This document shows, one piece after another, positions 9,901 to 19,606 of a stretch of DNA of 64,000 nucleotides. The notes under the pieces were generated by a model. The model had not been told where the DNA came from and searched no databases. It saw only the letters and a list, made by a program, of their open reading frames with translations. The DNA is from a virus (lineage: Duplodnaviria > Caudoviricetes), in IMG/VR virus record IMGVR_UViG_2667527664_000002, positions 1-64,000 of that record. One strand, given 5' to 3'. A program made the translations under genes and the position numbers. How positions within the stretch are numbered: the stretch's first letter is position 1; each line of letters starts with the position of its first letter.

Positions 9901-10971
9901 TATTTGATTTGTTTGTATACTATTTATAGTTGAACCATCTATAGTTCCATTATCAGTAGTAATATTATCTACTGTATCTAATGCTTCTTGAAATTCTGTT
10001 TGCCTTTCTTCAAAACTGAGTATTGTATTAGCAAGTTCTATAGTATCTAACTCATGTTCATCTGGGTGCTCTACAATTTTAACTATTCTTTGTTTATCTC
10101 TAAATTTATTATCTTTAGATATAAGAGTTATTGTATCTCCTAATTTATAATCTAATATATCTTTATAATCATCACTAATTTTAGCTAAGTTTATAATAGC
10201 AGCAGCATAAGCTCTATAAGGTTTAGATATTTCATCTAATTTAGCCTCTGCATCTTCTTTTAAATTTTCAACTATAGTATACCTTTCATCTTTCCAATAA
10301 ACAGTTTTAACCTTATTAGAGTATTGGTAGTTTTCTACATACTCCTTTCCATTATTAATATCTTTTATTCTAAGATTATCTTTTCCTATAGGTATAATTC
10401 TCGTGAAAAAATCGTATGAATTTCCTTGTATAGATAATTCTTTTAAATTTAAAGAATCAATAAAATAAGTTCCTTTATCTTTTCCTAAATGCTCATATAC
10501 ATCTATAGTTTTATTCAAAGTATTAAATACTAAATCACATCTATATGTTTTTTTGATTTCTCTAATTATTTCTAAACTGGAACAATTACTCATTCTAACA
10601 GTTCTTTGTTTATTTAAACTACATTTGCCTACAATCCAACCAGTTCCAGCTAATGCAAGAGCTAAAGCTTTATCAATAGGCTGTTCAACACTTTCATAAC
10701 GTTCAAATGGTTTACCCTCTAGATTTTCTAAATTTAGAACACATTTAAATTCAGTATAATCTCTTTGTACGTTTTTTTCTTTTACTACGAATTCATATTC
10801 TTTAGTCCTTATATAACATTCTTCTTCTATATCAAAATAGTAATTTGAAGTCTTTGGATATGAAAAAGAGAGTGTTTTATCACCACTCTCCAATATTTTT
10901 TCTATAGATAAATTTTTATAGTCTATTAATCCTGCTATTTTTTTCTTTTCTTTATTATATAAATGTATCAA
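6997..10971 (-). CDS. Tail spike/Tal with coiled-coil stalk and C-terminal peptidase S74 chaperone
   Basis: N-terminal prophage tail endopeptidase-like region (TRIIPIGKD), heptad repeats, SDRRVKENI...GFIAQDV. Confidence 0.85.
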   Translation of the reverse strand: MIHLYNKEKKKIAGLIDYKNLSIEKILESGDKTLSFSYPKTSNYYFDIEEECYIRTKEYEFVVKEKNVQRDYTEFKCVLNLENLEGKPFERYESVEQPIDKALALALAGTGWIVGKCSLNKQRTVRMSNCSSLEIIREIKKTYRCDLVFNTLNKTIDVYEHLGKDKGTYFIDSLNLKELSIQGNSYDFFTRIIPIGKDNLRIKDINNGKEYVENYQYSNKVKTVYWKDERYTIVENLKEDAEAKLDEISKPYRAYAAAIINLAKISDDYKDILDYKLGDTITLISKDNKFRDKQRIVKIVEHPDEHELDTIELANTILSFEERQTEFQEALDTVDNITTDNGTIDGSTINSIQTNQISDFEVNVAKITDLTVVNAKITNLEAHNVTITGRLNSVEATIGTLEANVASIDKLIVTHTASINELQSNKASITQLQAINATIQVLEANVGKIETLLNGNLSSENIQAGGITSDKLSIDNGFIKNAMIDSLDVSKVTAGDISTNKFRITSDSGNILISDNTIQIRDTNIVRVQIGKDASNDYNMYIWDSNGNLMFDATGLKANGIKDKIIRDDMISDNANIDGHKLNINSVVTQINNGSTIIKSSKVQIDGTKQTLDIAFNQLKTQSDESKSLTESHSTTIGVIQGQISTAINNTQIVKDGQTVLLKDDYNRTVATVDSMKSTIGIHTTQINSATGKINGVETKVNSVERNLNSITTRVSSTETNIITVTATANDALNKATTATAKINGLEIGGRNLLKDSRDSLSSTTVSLKLVGSLTIDKGLLSGKTITISLDFDFEGLTPIDGQSNRLGYEMGISFEDGSSFYISCWNYVNSSTKFKGRKFNTQTIPNKPIKSINYSGLYIQCNATRAYIGNPKLEFGNKNTDYTQAPEDFEYEITTTNNKVASLETNLNSITSRVTSVETTTVNLHDQISNLSTRVNTAEQKITDSSIVSTVTKSTTYKNDLNGKVSTSYVVSSINQSAEAIRIDASKIDLQGAVSAGGISQGNYIKIEQENYTTYRNHKRTINIGTIRRFGYYLPCVYLGANGYSDTSTGLDGRYGALFHDGDNLILSHKNNRTGVWSSLKFYPYGDTMISAENTIVLSASAGIQFRDSLTCDVGSTYNIGTKNLPFKNAFMKRLAILDFDTNNEGVVLESWGEQGRRLAVISAGNNDADLCFRTSYEDNRIFMDRWHGHFYPNKAASQDLGLSDRPWKTVFMQNAPSVMSDRRVKENIQYLDSTVISDMYAYVKNDLKLAKFNYIGNSKSTYGFIAQDVEFTKIGKEIVLRSEKGNLSYDMGSRMAVLEGALKLAILKIEGLEQQLDINRSS

Positions 10972-11009
10972 AAGAGGCTTCCCTCCTTTCTGTAAAACTT
11001 CAATTATAG

Positions 11010-11390
11010 CTATTCTTCTATCATATAATCTATTGCCATTAACTCAGCAGGAGTCATATTATATCCATTTAACTCTTCTAATTTAAACTTATGTATATCT
11101 ATTTCAACTTCTATATTTTGTAACTCCTCTATATCTTTATTCCATTTTTCTAAGTATATATCTTGGATTTTAATTTGATTATTTTCATCTATAACTGTTT
11201 TATCATTTTCATCCTTAACACTATATTTTTCTATTAACTTTTCTCTTTCATTATTGTATATTTCCAATTCTTTTTCTATTTTAGATATATTTTTAGCTAA
11301 AGCATAAGAAACTTTGATTGGTAATTCCTTATTAGATATTGCACCTATAGTCATAGCATCTTTTAATATTTTTTTATTAGTCAATTTCAT
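11010..11390 (-). CDS. Phage tail-associated hypothetical protein (DUF1617-like)
   Basis: LPIKVSYALAKN motif; position in tail module. Confidence 0.6.
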   Translation of the reverse strand: MKLTNKKILKDAMTIGAISNKELPIKVSYALAKNISKIEKELEIYNNEREKLIEKYSVKDENDKTVIDENNQIKIQDIYLEKWNKDIEELQNIEVEIDIHKFKLEELNGYNMTPAELMAIDYMIEE

Positions 11391-11392
11391 AA

Positions 11393-11656
11393 TTATTTAC
11401 CTACCTTTTCTGTTTTAACTTTATTTATATCTGTATATAATTTATCTTGTTCTTCATAAACTAAGTCTTCAAAAGTTCTCATATCTTTTCTTACTTCAGT
11501 TTTATTTTCATTGTATAATTCTTGATTTAATATAGTTTTATTTATATTTTCATTTCCTGATCCAGTAGTAGATAATGTAGCATACATATTAGCAATTATT
11601 GTATCCCCTATTCTACTTTCTCCATTTAAATTTATTGTTTTAGTTGTATTTAACAT
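11393..11656 (-). CDS. Phage hypothetical protein
   Basis: 87-aa ORF with RBS, tightly packed in the tail operon. Confidence 0.6.
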   Translation of the reverse strand: MLNTTKTINLNGESRIGDTIIANMYATLSTTGSGNENINKTILNQELYNENKTEVRKDMRTFEDLVYEEQDKLYTDINKVKTEKVGK

Positions 11657-11674
11657 TTTTTATTATCCTTTCTA

Positions 11675-12376
11675 TTATAAAAATCTTGGATTATATTTTA
11701 TTGTGATATTGCAAGTATCTTTATTTACTGTAATAGTATTTGTTCCAGGTACTAAAAAAGGAAACTCCCACATATCAGTATCATCAAATTTATTGATACC
11801 ATCTTGTTTAACAGTTCCCTTAATCCCATCTATAATTATTGTTTTATTACCTTTTAAATTTTTAACTATCAGAGGATCTTCGCTTAACCCAGTTATAGTT
11901 AAATCTATCATATCTATAATTGGAGTTATTTCTAATATACAAGGTACTTTAGTATTTCCTTTACCTAATATAGTTTTATTTTTAATTCTATTTATAGTTT
12001 CTATGACTTCTTCCTCTATGTTATATCCTATAAAACTTAACTGTAATCTCCCTCTTATTTGCCTCAAACTGGATTGATCTGAATTACCATTTAAAATACA
12101 TTTAAACTTTAATTTTCTATCCTTAAAATAAATTTCAAATGGTTTTATCATATTACTTAGCAAGTTACTTTTATCTAAATAATATTGTTTCCTATCTAAA
12201 GAGTTGATTAAAAGAGTAACAGTAATTAAATTTAACTCTACTTTAGAATTTAAGAAAAGAGGTAGCAATTTATTTTTACATTCAAAGTCTTTTAAATTAT
12301 TAATGCTAGAGTTTTGAATATTAACTTCTAAAACTCTAGCATTGTATTTATTTATATCTATATTGTTTATAAGCAT
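11675..12376 (-). CDS. Distal tail protein (Dit)
   Basis: Follows tape measure; C-terminal FPFLVPGTNTI. Confidence 0.8.
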   Translation of the reverse strand: MLINNIDINKYNARVLEVNIQNSSINNLKDFECKNKLLPLFLNSKVELNLITVTLLINSLDRKQYYLDKSNLLSNMIKPFEIYFKDRKLKFKCILNGNSDQSSLRQIRGRLQLSFIGYNIEEEVIETINRIKNKTILGKGNTKVPCILEITPIIDMIDLTITGLSEDPLIVKNLKGNKTIIIDGIKGTVKQDGINKFDDTDMWEFPFLVPGTNTITVNKDTCNITIKYNPRFL

Positions 12377-12379
12377 TTG

Positions 12380-15300
12380 TTACCTCCTTCTCATTGTATT
12401 TAAAGCAAGTCTATTTGAAACTCTTGGAACTACAACTCTATCTATTTCTTCTCCTGCAATACTAATAGGTATTATAATATCTCCACTAGAATCACCTTTA
12501 TTTTTCATCATAGAGTTTATAACCCCTTGAGCAGTTTGTCTTGCAGTTTCTAAAACCATTTGCTCACTTGATTCATGATTATATACCTTAGTTCCACTTG
12601 GTAAATCATATAACTCATATCCTCTTTCATGAAGATATGTTAAACCACCTTCAAAGTGTGATGTACCTGTCCAGTGTTCTCCAGGCTTTTTACCATGACT
12701 TTGGAAGAATGTATTTACAAAGAAGTTTTTAACTAGACTTCCCCATCCACTATTCCATGCATCTTTTAATTTATCCCACTTACTTTTAACTTTACCAGTT
12801 GTAGTATCTACATCTTTTGTAATATCTGAGTTCATAGAAGTTATTTCCTTAACTGCTTTATCCCTTGTTTCTTTAGCTGCACTTACAGTATCATCTCTTT
12901 GTTTCTTTGCATCTTCTATACATCTTTCAGCTTGTTCCTTAGTTAATGAATGGCTTTCATCTCGTTGTCTTATTAACTCAGCTATTCTGTCATCACATTC
13001 TTTATTAGCTGCCTCAATAGCTTTATCTCTAGAGTTATTTAATTCCTTTATATGCTTAGAAGCCATATCGGCAGTTATATTTTTATCATTATCTTTCATT
13101 CTTTCAAGAATTACCTTAGCTTCAACTTCATTATCAGATAAAGTTTTTATAGCAGTATTTTTCATTTCTTGTTTAATTTGCTTAATATCTTGTAACTCTT
13201 GATTACTAACTTGTCTATGCTCTTCAGCTGCTTTAGCATAAATAGCATTAATTTTATTTTGAGCTTCATCAACTTGTTGCTTTTCTTTAGTCCAATAACT
13301 TTTTGTTTTTTCTAGTGCATCCTTTTTTTCTTGATCTGTAAGGGCATTAGTTTTAGCAAAGAAATCTTTTTGACTTTTTAGATCTGCATCTCTTTTTTTA
13401 TCCATTCCAGCTTTAATTTTATTAGCCATATCTGTATAAATTTTTTGCATTTCTTGAGATTGTTGTTTTGTTAATCCTACACTTTTAGTTAATGTATCTT
13501 TAAAATCTTTTATAGTTTGGTCCTTTTGTTTTTCAGTTAATCCTTTAGTACCATTAACCATTGCAGTATATTGTTTTATTATTTCATCTTTATTCTTGCT
13601 AGTTAAAACTCCAGTATCAGATACTAGTTTTTTAAAGTCTACAGTCATTTTTTCTTTTTGTTCCTTAGATAGATTACTAGATTTCTTACTCATTTCTGTA
13701 AAGTTTTTAACTACAGTATCTTTTGCTTCTTTTGAGAATTTATCTGAATTCATTTTTAAATTCATCATAGATTCACTAGCTTTTTTATCTAATTCTAAGT
13801 AGGACTGAACATTATCTTTTGTCGCTTTAGATATTTTAATTACATTCTTTTCAGTAGCTTCTGCATAGTTACCAAATTTATCTCTACTATATTCAACTTT
13901 ATCTGCAAATAAATCTACTGCAGGTGTTGCACTTTTATTTAAGTGTTCAGCTACTTTATATCCTGCATATCCAACGGCAGCTACTGCAGCTACTCCTAAT
14001 GCAATTGGGCCTAGCGAACCTATAACAGTAGCACCAAAACCTCCGGCCGCAACTTCTGCTCCTGCTAATCCAGCACCTGCAGTTTCTGCTGCTGGAGCAA
14101 GTCCTAATAATATTTTTGAAAAATCACCAAATGTAGAAGCGGCTTTTAATGCTTTAAACTTTCCAACAGTTCCAATTAATCCACCTATACCACTAGATAC
14201 ATGACCTAAACCGCTTGTTATAGGACCCATTGCAATAGCAGCTAGCCCTGCTTTAACTATAAATTCTTGAGTGTGTGGACTTAAATTACTAAAGCTAGTT
14301 GCTAATTTAGTAACATCTTTAGCAACACTTGTTATAGCTGGAGCTAAAGCTTGGAAAGTTTTTATTGCTGCACCTTCTAGGGCACTTTTCATTTCTGCTA
14401 AACTACCTTTTGCATTTTCACTCATAGTTTTAGCCATTTTAGCAGTAGCACCTTCACTGTTGTCTATAGCATTTGATAATTTATTAAAATCTCCTTCACT
14501 AGCATTTATAATTGCAAGCCAACCAGACATTGCTTCTTTACCAAAGATAGTTGCAACGGCACTGGCTTGAGTAGCCTCATCTAAACCACCCATTTTTTCT
14601 CTAAGGTCAGACATTACTTCTCTAAAGCTTTTCATCTTACCGTCACTATTTTCTACAGATATTCCATACTTCTCCATCATTTCGGCCATACTATCCGTAG
14701 GCTTTACTAAGTTAGTTAATCCTGCTCTAAGTGCAGTACCAGCTTGACTTGCTTTAATACCACTATTAGCCATTAATCCTATAGCTAAAGAAGTATCTTG
14801 AACACTATATCCTAAAGCACCAGCTACAGGAGCGGCATATTTAAAAGTTTCTCCCATCATACCAACGTTAGTATTGGCATTAGATGAAGCAGCAGCTAAA
14901 ACGTCACTAAACATACCAGCATCTTTAGCTTTTAATCCAAATCCTGTTAATGCATCTGTAACAATATCAGAAGTTGACCCTAATTCTTCTCCAGAAGCAA
15001 TTGCTAAATTTAGTATAGGTTCTATACCTTCGAGCATATCACCAGTTTTCCAACCAGCCATTGCCATATACTCCATACCTTCTCCTGCTTCTGCAGCACT
15101 AAATTTAGTTTTAGCTCCCATTTCTTGAGCCTTATTTTCTAATTGTTTAAGGTCATCACCAGTAGCTCCAGAAATAGCTGCTACCTTATCCATTTGAGCC
15201 TCATATTCCATACCTACATGAGCGGCAGCTACTCCTATTCCTGTTAAAGGTAAACTAACATGAGTAGTAAGTTTTCCACCTATCTCTTGAGCTTTACTAC

Positions 15301-15901
15301 CTACTTTTTTAAAGTTATTTCCTAAGTCCTCAAGCCTTTTAGATGCATTACTTACACTATGAGTATTTTCTACTTCTCTATTGAATTTATTTATAGCAGA
15401 TTGAGCTTTATTTACTTCTTCTTCTGCTTTATTCATTTGAGTTTCATAGTTTTGTAATGTCTTAGCATTATTTTCTACAGCTCTATCTAGCTTATCATGT
15501 TCTTTTTGTAATTCTTCTAAAGCTTTTTCAGTTTCTTTAGCCTCTTTACTTTCTTTACCATAGTTTTTTATAGCATTTTCATGAGCTTTTTCAGCCTTAG
15601 AAAGAGACTTTGCTAATTCATCTCTTTTATGTATATTACCTTGTAATGTTTCAGTAGCATCTTTAATACTCTTTTTATAAGTTTCTAATTTCTTATTTTG
15701 TAAATCTAATTGTTTTTGTAATGAGCTTTGAACCCTATTTACACCTTCTGTAGATTTACCAAATGCCTCTAAACCACTTTGAGCTACTTTTAATTCACTC
15801 TTATTATTTTTAATTTCTGAATTTATACCTTTTAATGTACTGGAATATCCAGAATCATCAAGAATCATCTTTGCGGTTATTCGTTTTTCGGTATCACCCA
15901 T
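12380..15901 (-). CDS. Tail tape measure protein (TP901 family)
   Basis: 1173 aa; FSAAEAGEGMEYMAMAGW and GIKASQAGTALR core; helical. Confidence 0.92.
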   Translation of the reverse strand: MGDTEKRITAKMILDDSGYSSTLKGINSEIKNNKSELKVAQSGLEAFGKSTEGVNRVQSSLQKQLDLQNKKLETYKKSIKDATETLQGNIHKRDELAKSLSKAEKAHENAIKNYGKESKEAKETEKALEELQKEHDKLDRAVENNAKTLQNYETQMNKAEEEVNKAQSAINKFNREVENTHSVSNASKRLEDLGNNFKKVGSKAQEIGGKLTTHVSLPLTGIGVAAAHVGMEYEAQMDKVAAISGATGDDLKQLENKAQEMGAKTKFSAAEAGEGMEYMAMAGWKTGDMLEGIEPILNLAIASGEELGSTSDIVTDALTGFGLKAKDAGMFSDVLAAASSNANTNVGMMGETFKYAAPVAGALGYSVQDTSLAIGLMANSGIKASQAGTALRAGLTNLVKPTDSMAEMMEKYGISVENSDGKMKSFREVMSDLREKMGGLDEATQASAVATIFGKEAMSGWLAIINASEGDFNKLSNAIDNSEGATAKMAKTMSENAKGSLAEMKSALEGAAIKTFQALAPAITSVAKDVTKLATSFSNLSPHTQEFIVKAGLAAIAMGPITSGLGHVSSGIGGLIGTVGKFKALKAASTFGDFSKILLGLAPAAETAGAGLAGAEVAAGGFGATVIGSLGPIALGVAAVAAVGYAGYKVAEHLNKSATPAVDLFADKVEYSRDKFGNYAEATEKNVIKISKATKDNVQSYLELDKKASESMMNLKMNSDKFSKEAKDTVVKNFTEMSKKSSNLSKEQKEKMTVDFKKLVSDTGVLTSKNKDEIIKQYTAMVNGTKGLTEKQKDQTIKDFKDTLTKSVGLTKQQSQEMQKIYTDMANKIKAGMDKKRDADLKSQKDFFAKTNALTDQEKKDALEKTKSYWTKEKQQVDEAQNKINAIYAKAAEEHRQVSNQELQDIKQIKQEMKNTAIKTLSDNEVEAKVILERMKDNDKNITADMASKHIKELNNSRDKAIEAANKECDDRIAELIRQRDESHSLTKEQAERCIEDAKKQRDDTVSAAKETRDKAVKEITSMNSDITKDVDTTTGKVKSKWDKLKDAWNSGWGSLVKNFFVNTFFQSHGKKPGEHWTGTSHFEGGLTYLHERGYELYDLPSGTKVYNHESSEQMVLETARQTAQGVINSMMKNKGDSSGDIIIPISIAGEEIDRVVVPRVSNRLALNTMRRR

Positions 15902-15919
15902 TTACCCTCCTTTCTCTTT

Positions 15920-16138
15920 CTATAGGAAAGGTACTTCATCTATGCTAACAACTTTTTCAACATAACCATCATATGAAGCTTGTTGAGTTTGCTCTTCATA
16001 TGTTTTATTGAGTTCTCCGATTAACATAACAATTTCTTTGAATGTGCTATCGAAGAACTCTTGTCTTGTGAAATTTAGTTGTGTTTTTGCAATAAAAAAA
16101 AGCCTATTTATATCGAATGGCTTCTCATTTAAATCTAT
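15920..16138 (-). CDS. -1 frameshift extension of the tail assembly chaperone (gpGT-like)
   Basis: A9 slippery run (16138-16146) just before the TAG; open -1 frame IDLNEKPFDINRLFFIAKTQLNF...DEVPFL ends next to the tape measure start. Confidence 0.75.
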   Translation of the reverse strand: MDLNEKPFDINRLFFIAKTQLNFTRQEFFDSTFKEIVMLIGELNKTYEEQTQQASYDGYVEKVVSIDEVPFL

Positions 16139-16494
16139 TTTTTTTTATTATTTTCTGATTTATTTTCATCAGTGGTATCAGATGTTTTAACTCCTCTATA
16201 ATCAAAATATAAATCTGTTGCAAAAGCTACTATTTCATTTACAACTTGATCTGGAGTTAATTTTTCTTTTAATTCATCTATAGTTAATGGGGTTTCATTT
16301 TGTTCTTCATCAAGTCTTTTTGATATACAAGAACATACCATAACTTTTAAAGCATTGTTATATAAGTTTTTACCATACATAACCCCGTTTATGACATCTC
16401 CAAAGTTATCAAATCTTTCATCTATATCAAATATAGTCTTATTTGTCATTTCAAAAGCTAAGTTTTCATTACCTACTTTAAATTTTATTTTCAT
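16135..16494 (-). CDS. Tail assembly chaperone (gpG-like)
   Basis: Between major tail and tape measure; ends in a slippery A-run. Confidence 0.8.
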   Translation of the reverse strand: MKIKFKVGNENLAFEMTNKTIFDIDERFDNFGDVINGVMYGKNLYNNALKVMVCSCISKRLDEEQNETPLTIDELKEKLTPDQVVNEIVAFATDLYFDYRGVKTSDTTDENKSENNKKK

Positions 16495-16519
16495 TTAACT
16501 TCACTCCCTATTATTTATA

Positions 16520-17128
16520 TTAATGTTCAGAACTAACTTCATCTGTTTTTTCTTCAGGTATAGTAACTTTTTCAAAGAATTTACTTAAAAACTCTTTAGT
16601 TACATTAGGAGAATCACTACATACATTGTATTGCCATAATCCATTTATTAAAGGTCTAAAACTTGCTTCTATTTTCTTAGCTTGGAAGTTTGCTTTACCT
16701 TCCTTAGCTTTTAGATCTTCATCTGATAACCCAAATGTTCCAGCATATAATATCCCATATTTATCTATTCCTTGAGCCTTTTCTGCTTTATATAAAATAG
16801 CAAGTGTTGGAGCTATATCATTATCATTTTTTATTACTCCGCCTGTTTTAGCTAACTTGTGCCCCATAACGTAACAGTCATCTTCATCTTGTAAATCTGT
16901 TACATTTAAAGTTACTTTTACATCTTGTAAAGTTTGTTCCTCTAAAACTTTTCTTCCTTCATGGTAGTATGGATCACTATTTTGTTTTGGTTTTATTCCT
17001 ATTTGTTTAACCCCTTCTAAGTATCTAGGAGTATCAAAAGTTATATTCCCATCAGTTTCAGTTTTTAAGTGAGCTACATATAACTTACTTACGTTTACAA
17101 CTGGTAATATTTTTTGTGGTGCTGACAT
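16520..17128 (-). CDS. Major tail protein (phi13 family)
   Basis: Size, position, APTLAILYKAEK...YGILYAGTF motif. Confidence 0.8.
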   Translation of the reverse strand: MSAPQKILPVVNVSKLYVAHLKTETDGNITFDTPRYLEGVKQIGIKPKQNSDPYYHEGRKVLEEQTLQDVKVTLNVTDLQDEDDCYVMGHKLAKTGGVIKNDNDIAPTLAILYKAEKAQGIDKYGILYAGTFGLSDEDLKAKEGKANFQAKKIEASFRPLINGLWQYNVCSDSPNVTKEFLSKFFEKVTIPEEKTDEVSSEH

Positions 17129-17172
17129 TCTGCATCATTCCTTTCTTTTATAAATAAAGAAACTAGCTTAGA

Positions 17173-17556
17173 TTAGCTAGTTGGTAAATCAATATTAAAC
17201 CTTAAAGGTTTATGTTTTAATCCTGTTTTTTCTTCAAATAAATCTGGACTCCCTGGATTATATTCAAATCCAGCTTTAATAAATTTATTAATTATAATTG
17301 TTTCTAAGTTTGTATAATCTCCTAAACTAAAAATATCAATTTGGACTAAGTGATTTAAATAATCTATATTACCCTCACTATATTCACTTCCTCTAGATCT
17401 AATAACTTGATACTCTATATATGGAGGTTTAGGATTATTAGCATGAATAAAATATACTTTTTTATCACTTGTTAAATCTAATATATCTTTATCATTTAAA
17501 ACTTCTTTTAATTTCTTTTTTATAATCGAGGCATCTATTTTTATATTACTTTCCAA
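17173..17556 (-). CDS. Tail terminator/completion protein
   Basis: PYIEY...VQIDIFS pattern; position. Confidence 0.7.
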   Translation of the reverse strand: MESNIKIDASIIKKKLKEVLNDKDILDLTSDKKVYFIHANNPKPPYIEYQVIRSRGSEYSEGNIDYLNHLVQIDIFSLGDYTNLETIIINKFIKAGFEYNPGSPDLFEEKTGLKHKPLRFNIDLPTS

Positions 17557-17560
17557 AATA

Positions 17561-17923
17561 TCACCCCATCTTTCTAAATATCGTTTGAGCTACCTTTGAA
17601 ATAGCTTCCTCAGTATTTTCTTCAACACTTCTTTCAAAGTATCCTACATGAGCCTTTTGTTCACTTGTCCCATATTCTTGAAATATATCATAGAAGGCTT
17701 TACTTTTTGCAGTTCCTTCTGTTGCTAAAGCATTTTCTTTAACAGATACTTTAATCTCAGCAAGTTCTCCTGTTGGTCCTACTGGAGTATCATTTTCTAA
17801 CCCTTCTCCAATTATTTTTATACCTGACCTTACTGCTTGCCTTTTTATAACTGTATCTAAAGCCATATTTTTAACATATTCCTCAAACTCTTCAAATCCC
17901 TCAAGTTCTATAGTGCTTGACAT
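17561..17923 (-). CDS. HK97 gp10-family neck protein
   Basis: TPVGPTGEL, FQEYGTSEQKAH. Confidence 0.8.
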   Translation of the reverse strand: MSSTIELEGFEEFEEYVKNMALDTVIKRQAVRSGIKIIGEGLENDTPVGPTGELAEIKVSVKENALATEGTAKSKAFYDIFQEYGTSEQKAHVGYFERSVEENTEEAISKVAQTIFRKMG

Positions 17924-17977
17924 ATAAAACCTCCAAATAAAAAAAGAAAGCGAGATAGCTTCCTTTTTTATCTTTTA

Positions 17978-18787
17978 TTATTTTATTAAATTACCACTTA
18001 TTCTAGGCATTCCAGAATCATTTCTATCCATTACCTTCCCATACACCGTTATCGTTTTACCTTCTTCAATATCTTTTAACATTCCCTTATCTACTAATGA
18101 AATTTCATATACTCCATATCCATCGTCTTCTGCTACTTTTAAAGTAAATGTAGGGAAAACTGCATCTGGAATTATATTTGAAACTTCTCCAGTAGCAAAA
18201 ACAGATTTACCATACATTTGATTATCATTGATTTTAATAAAATCAGCTTTAACTGCTTCTTTCGCAATTTTTTTATTTAATTCATCTTGAGAAATTGAAT
18301 CTTCTTTAATTGGAATTTCAAATTCTACTTTTTGACCATATTGATCACTCTCAAATAGTATTTTAACTTCATCACTTTTATTTTTTAATCCATAATAAGC
18401 ATCTACTGTGCAATTTGCCCCCTTAGGTAGTTCTTTTGGTTTACCTTTTGGAAACATAGAGCTTCCATCAGCTGCTGAATTTTTTGAATCTAATACAGTT
18501 AAGTCTTGTCCATGTATATATAAATTTTTATCTTCTTTATTTAAATTATCATATGTATATGTAACTTCAATAATTTCTTGTGGATTATTAAACTCTTCTT
18601 TGTATTCAAAGTCATTAACTCTTTTTACTGAATCAATTGTTAATGAATACATATCTGTACCATTTTTATCCTTAACTATTACCTTTTCTCCTTGCTTGTA
18701 TACTTTAGTTTCTTCTTTCTTGTTTGAACATCCTACTAAAGCTATAATTGATATAATTATTAATGCTGAAATAAATATTTTTTTCAT
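17978..18787 (-). CDS. Lipoprotein moron inserted in the head-tail operon
   Basis: Lipobox LVGC; own TATAAT and GGAGG upstream; terminator at 17940-17968; Ig-like then OB-fold-like segments. Confidence 0.75.
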   Translation of the reverse strand: MKKIFISALIIISIIALVGCSNKKEETKVYKQGEKVIVKDKNGTDMYSLTIDSVKRVNDFEYKEEFNNPQEIIEVTYTYDNLNKEDKNLYIHGQDLTVLDSKNSAADGSSMFPKGKPKELPKGANCTVDAYYGLKNKSDEVKILFESDQYGQKVEFEIPIKEDSISQDELNKKIAKEAVKADFIKINDNQMYGKSVFATGEVSNIIPDAVFPTFTLKVAEDDGYGVYEISLVDKGMLKDIEEGKTITVYGKVMDRNDSGMPRISGNLIK

Positions 18788-18838
18788 GTCATAGCACCTC
18801 CAGTTTATATTATAACCTAAAAGGTAATATTTGGAAAT

Positions 18839-19186
18839 CTAACAATTTATTTTAGATTTAATATCTACAAATTCATGCCTATTTTCAAAGTCTAAAACAT
18901 CTAAAATATCATAATAAAAACCTTTATATTCTATTCTAAATATTTTACTTGCTCCTGGATCTAGTAACTCTTTTACCTTATTACAGTATCTAACTGTAAA
19001 TGTAACTATATTTTCACTATTATTTGCTTTAGCGGCTATATATTCTTTTCCAGATACGCTTTTATAGCCACTCCAACATTTATAATGTTCTTTCCAAACT
19101 TCTTCATCAAATCCATTTTCATTAGTTTCCTTTGAATCTGATAATTTTTCTATTTTTATTCTTTCTGTTAATCTACATTCAGCCAT
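18839..19186 (-). CDS. Head closure (head-tail adaptor) protein
   Basis: RIKIEK...SGKEY...FTVRY...RIEYKG pattern. Confidence 0.8.
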   Translation of the reverse strand: MAECRLTERIKIEKLSDSKETNENGFDEEVWKEHYKCWSGYKSVSGKEYIAAKANNSENIVTFTVRYCNKVKELLDPGASKIFRIEYKGFYYDILDVLDFENRHEFVDIKSKINC

Positions 19187-19462
19187 TTAATCACCATACT
19201 TTAACTGAGTCATAATAGTTTGTAGTGAAAATCTCACTCTTTTTTTCCTTTTTTCTTCTTCCATTAATCCTTTATCTTTGTACCATTCATTGACTAATAT
19301 TTTACAATATCTTTTAGCTCTTTTATTTTCGCTAGTAAATTCTTTTCCAGTAGCATCTTTTAGATATTCCTCAGCTGCATCTATACAGTCTTGAATTTCT
19401 TCATCGTCATCGTCAAAATCTACTTTTAAGAACTTTTTAGCCTCTTCTAAATTTAGAATCAT
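19187..19462 (-). CDS. Head-tail connector (gp6-like)
   Basis: LEEAKKFLKVDFDDDD...IDAAEEYL. Confidence 0.85.
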   Translation of the reverse strand: MILNLEEAKKFLKVDFDDDDEEIQDCIDAAEEYLKDATGKEFTSENKRAKRYCKILVNEWYKDKGLMEEEKRKKRVRFSLQTIMTQLKYGD

Positions 19463-19606
19463 TTAATCCCTCATTTCTTAAAAAATAGCTAAAAAAACGA
19501 CCTTTTTAAATCGATTCTAAGGTGTTTCAAAAACTTTAATAGACTAATAATACCTTGTAATTTCAACGTATTATTAGTCTGAAATATTTTTTACTTTAAT
19601 TTTTTA

